A DNA stretch of 45,951 nucleotides from Deltaproteobacteria bacterium (lineage in GTDB: Bacteria > Desulfobacterota > WTBG01 > CAIYCZ01 > CAIRTM01), in NCBI GenBank assembly GCA_016932595.1, contig JAFGCP010000305.1, positions 1 to 45,951 of the forward strand, given 5' to 3'. The translations under genes and the position numbers were made by a program. Below are positions 45,003-45,951 of this stretch, piece by piece; within the stretch, counting starts at the first letter, position 1, and each line of letters opens with the position of its first letter. The notes below the pieces were generated by a model. It saw only the letters and a program-made list of their open reading frames with translations, made no database searches and was not told the origin of the DNA.

Positions 45003-45611
45003 TACGCATCCCGTATTAAAAAAAAATAAAAAGCCAACTGTTCACGACCTAATGCTTTCGACTTTTGGTATGTCAAGCAGCATACAGTTGTTGTCTTTTA
45101 TTTTACTTAGCTTGTTCTGTATCCCTTCAACTGAGCCGGTTTTGTTTATGTTACCCTGACAAGCATTTTAAATATGTACAAAATTTATTTCTATCTAATT
45201 ATATTTCCTTCCTGTATGAATGTCAAATATTTCAAAAAAACTATTTTTTTCAAATTAATTTAAACCAACTATGCAAGGAAACACCCCCCATTATGAAACA
45301 TGCAATGGCTTTAAAACATACTATTGTACATATTATATTTTAATTTAAAACTTAAAAAAAACTCTTCTTAAATTTTAACGCAACTAACAGAGTTCTTCAA
45401 TAACAAAAAAGATTCTATGAATTACTAGTAAAAAACTCGTTCTATATTTTTTTAAATTTTGCAAAATTTACAGTACTGTGCAATGAAAATTTTAAGGATG
45501 GGATACTGTATACTAAATAATTGAAATATTATTGTATTAATTTTTACCTCGTTAAGCCCTAAAACGTCTGTTACTGAAACAGCAAGGAACAAAATTTAAA
45601 AAATTAAAAAC

Positions 45612-45640
45612 TTGACAACAATCAAACAAATGTCTATAGA
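45612..45640 (+). promoter_or_regulatory. Sigma70-type promoter candidate for the right-edge gene
   Basis: TTGACA (45612..45617) is followed by a 17-nt spacer and TATAGA (45635..45640). It lies ~60 nt upstream of the ATG at 45703. Confidence 0.4.
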
Positions 45641-45702
45641 TATAAATAGATATGACTGAATCTAGAGCAACAAATCTCTATTCTTAATACACGGAGCAGC
45701 CT

Positions 45703-45951
45703 ATGAAACAGGCAACAGGATCACTTTTTAGCATACTTATGGCGTTTGTCCTGATTTTCAGTATGGCTGGAAAAGCAGCGGCGCAGGAAGCCGCGGCAAA
45801 TGATGCATCTGAATCTGAAATGCTGCTCATAGATGATGCTGCTCAGCAGGATGGGGACTTCAAGGCCTTTGCATCAACCTGCACACTGAAAGTTTTTCCG
45901 GAATCAATTAAGAGCAGGCGCATTGGACGTTTTGGCATGTTTATCGTAAGC
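45703..45951 (+). CDS. Secreted protein of unknown function, N-terminal 83 codons only (runs off the right edge)
   Basis: The ATG has GGAG 6 nt upstream. The signal-peptide-like N-terminus is MKQATGSLFSILMAFVLIFSMAGKAAAQEA. This ORF is not in the supplied ORF track. Confidence 0.55.
   Translation, partial: MKQATGSLFSILMAFVLIFSMAGKAAAQEAAANDASESEMLLIDDAAQQDGDFKAFASTCTLKVFPESIKSRRIGRFGMFIVS

Noticed and set aside
1-45951. CRISPR arrays, tRNA or rRNA genes, integrase or transposase genes
   Set aside because: Reading both strands, I found no regularly spaced direct repeats, no cloverleaf-like or rRNA-like segments, and no recombinase-like ORFs. The only mobile-element signal is the non-autonomous inverted-repeat element at 26020..26305.

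Overview
The window is dense, almost entirely minus-strand bacterial DNA, and all calls come from by-eye reading with no searches run. Only two genes are on the plus strand. I saw no rRNA, tRNA or CRISPR array.
(1) 1-5.8 kb holds a MarR-led operon for an uncharacterised nitrogenase-superfamily reductase. It has two tandem NifH-like ATPases, a NifE/BchN-like subunit, and a NifN/BchB-like subunit with two C-terminal BchB-type (PCP_red-like) domains. A partial NAD(P)-binding gene follows at the left edge. No nifB/EN, bch/chl or cfb genes accompany it. This is the best candidate for an undescribed system.
(2) 5.8-9.9 kb holds a second, separately terminated MarR paralog. It also holds a metallophosphoesterase-nucleotidyltransferase fusion (plus strand), a PNPOx-like flavoprotein, and a palindromic VSLSNHE/FDRLRAN-type repeat.
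(3) 9.9-45.0 kb is a roughly 35-kb unidirectional Wzx/Wzy-type polysaccharide locus.
- Export and assembly: BY-kinase, LMW-PTP, six glycosyltransferases, a flippase-like protein, a polymerase-like protein and a giant O-antigen-ligase-like protein.
- Decoration: a carbamoyltransferase and an FkbM methyltransferase.
- Nucleotide-sugar modules: ADP-heptose (gmhA, hldE, GT9), UDP-ManNAc (wecB), a CapD/WbpM-type dehydratase, GDP-mannose dehydratase, and a CDP-3,6-dideoxyhexose set (rfbF/G/H plus an FNR-like reductase).
- The CDP set is followed by a ThDP enzyme and a reductase, which resembles yersiniose-type branched-sugar synthesis.
- Recombination scars: a 3' fragment of an initiating phosphoglycosyl transferase with an in-frame TAG, a multiply frameshifted 5' fragment of a second ThDP enzyme, and a MITE-like element with 21-bp inverted repeats.
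(4) 45.0-45.95 kb is a 700-bp very AT-rich region followed by the start of a secreted protein (plus strand).
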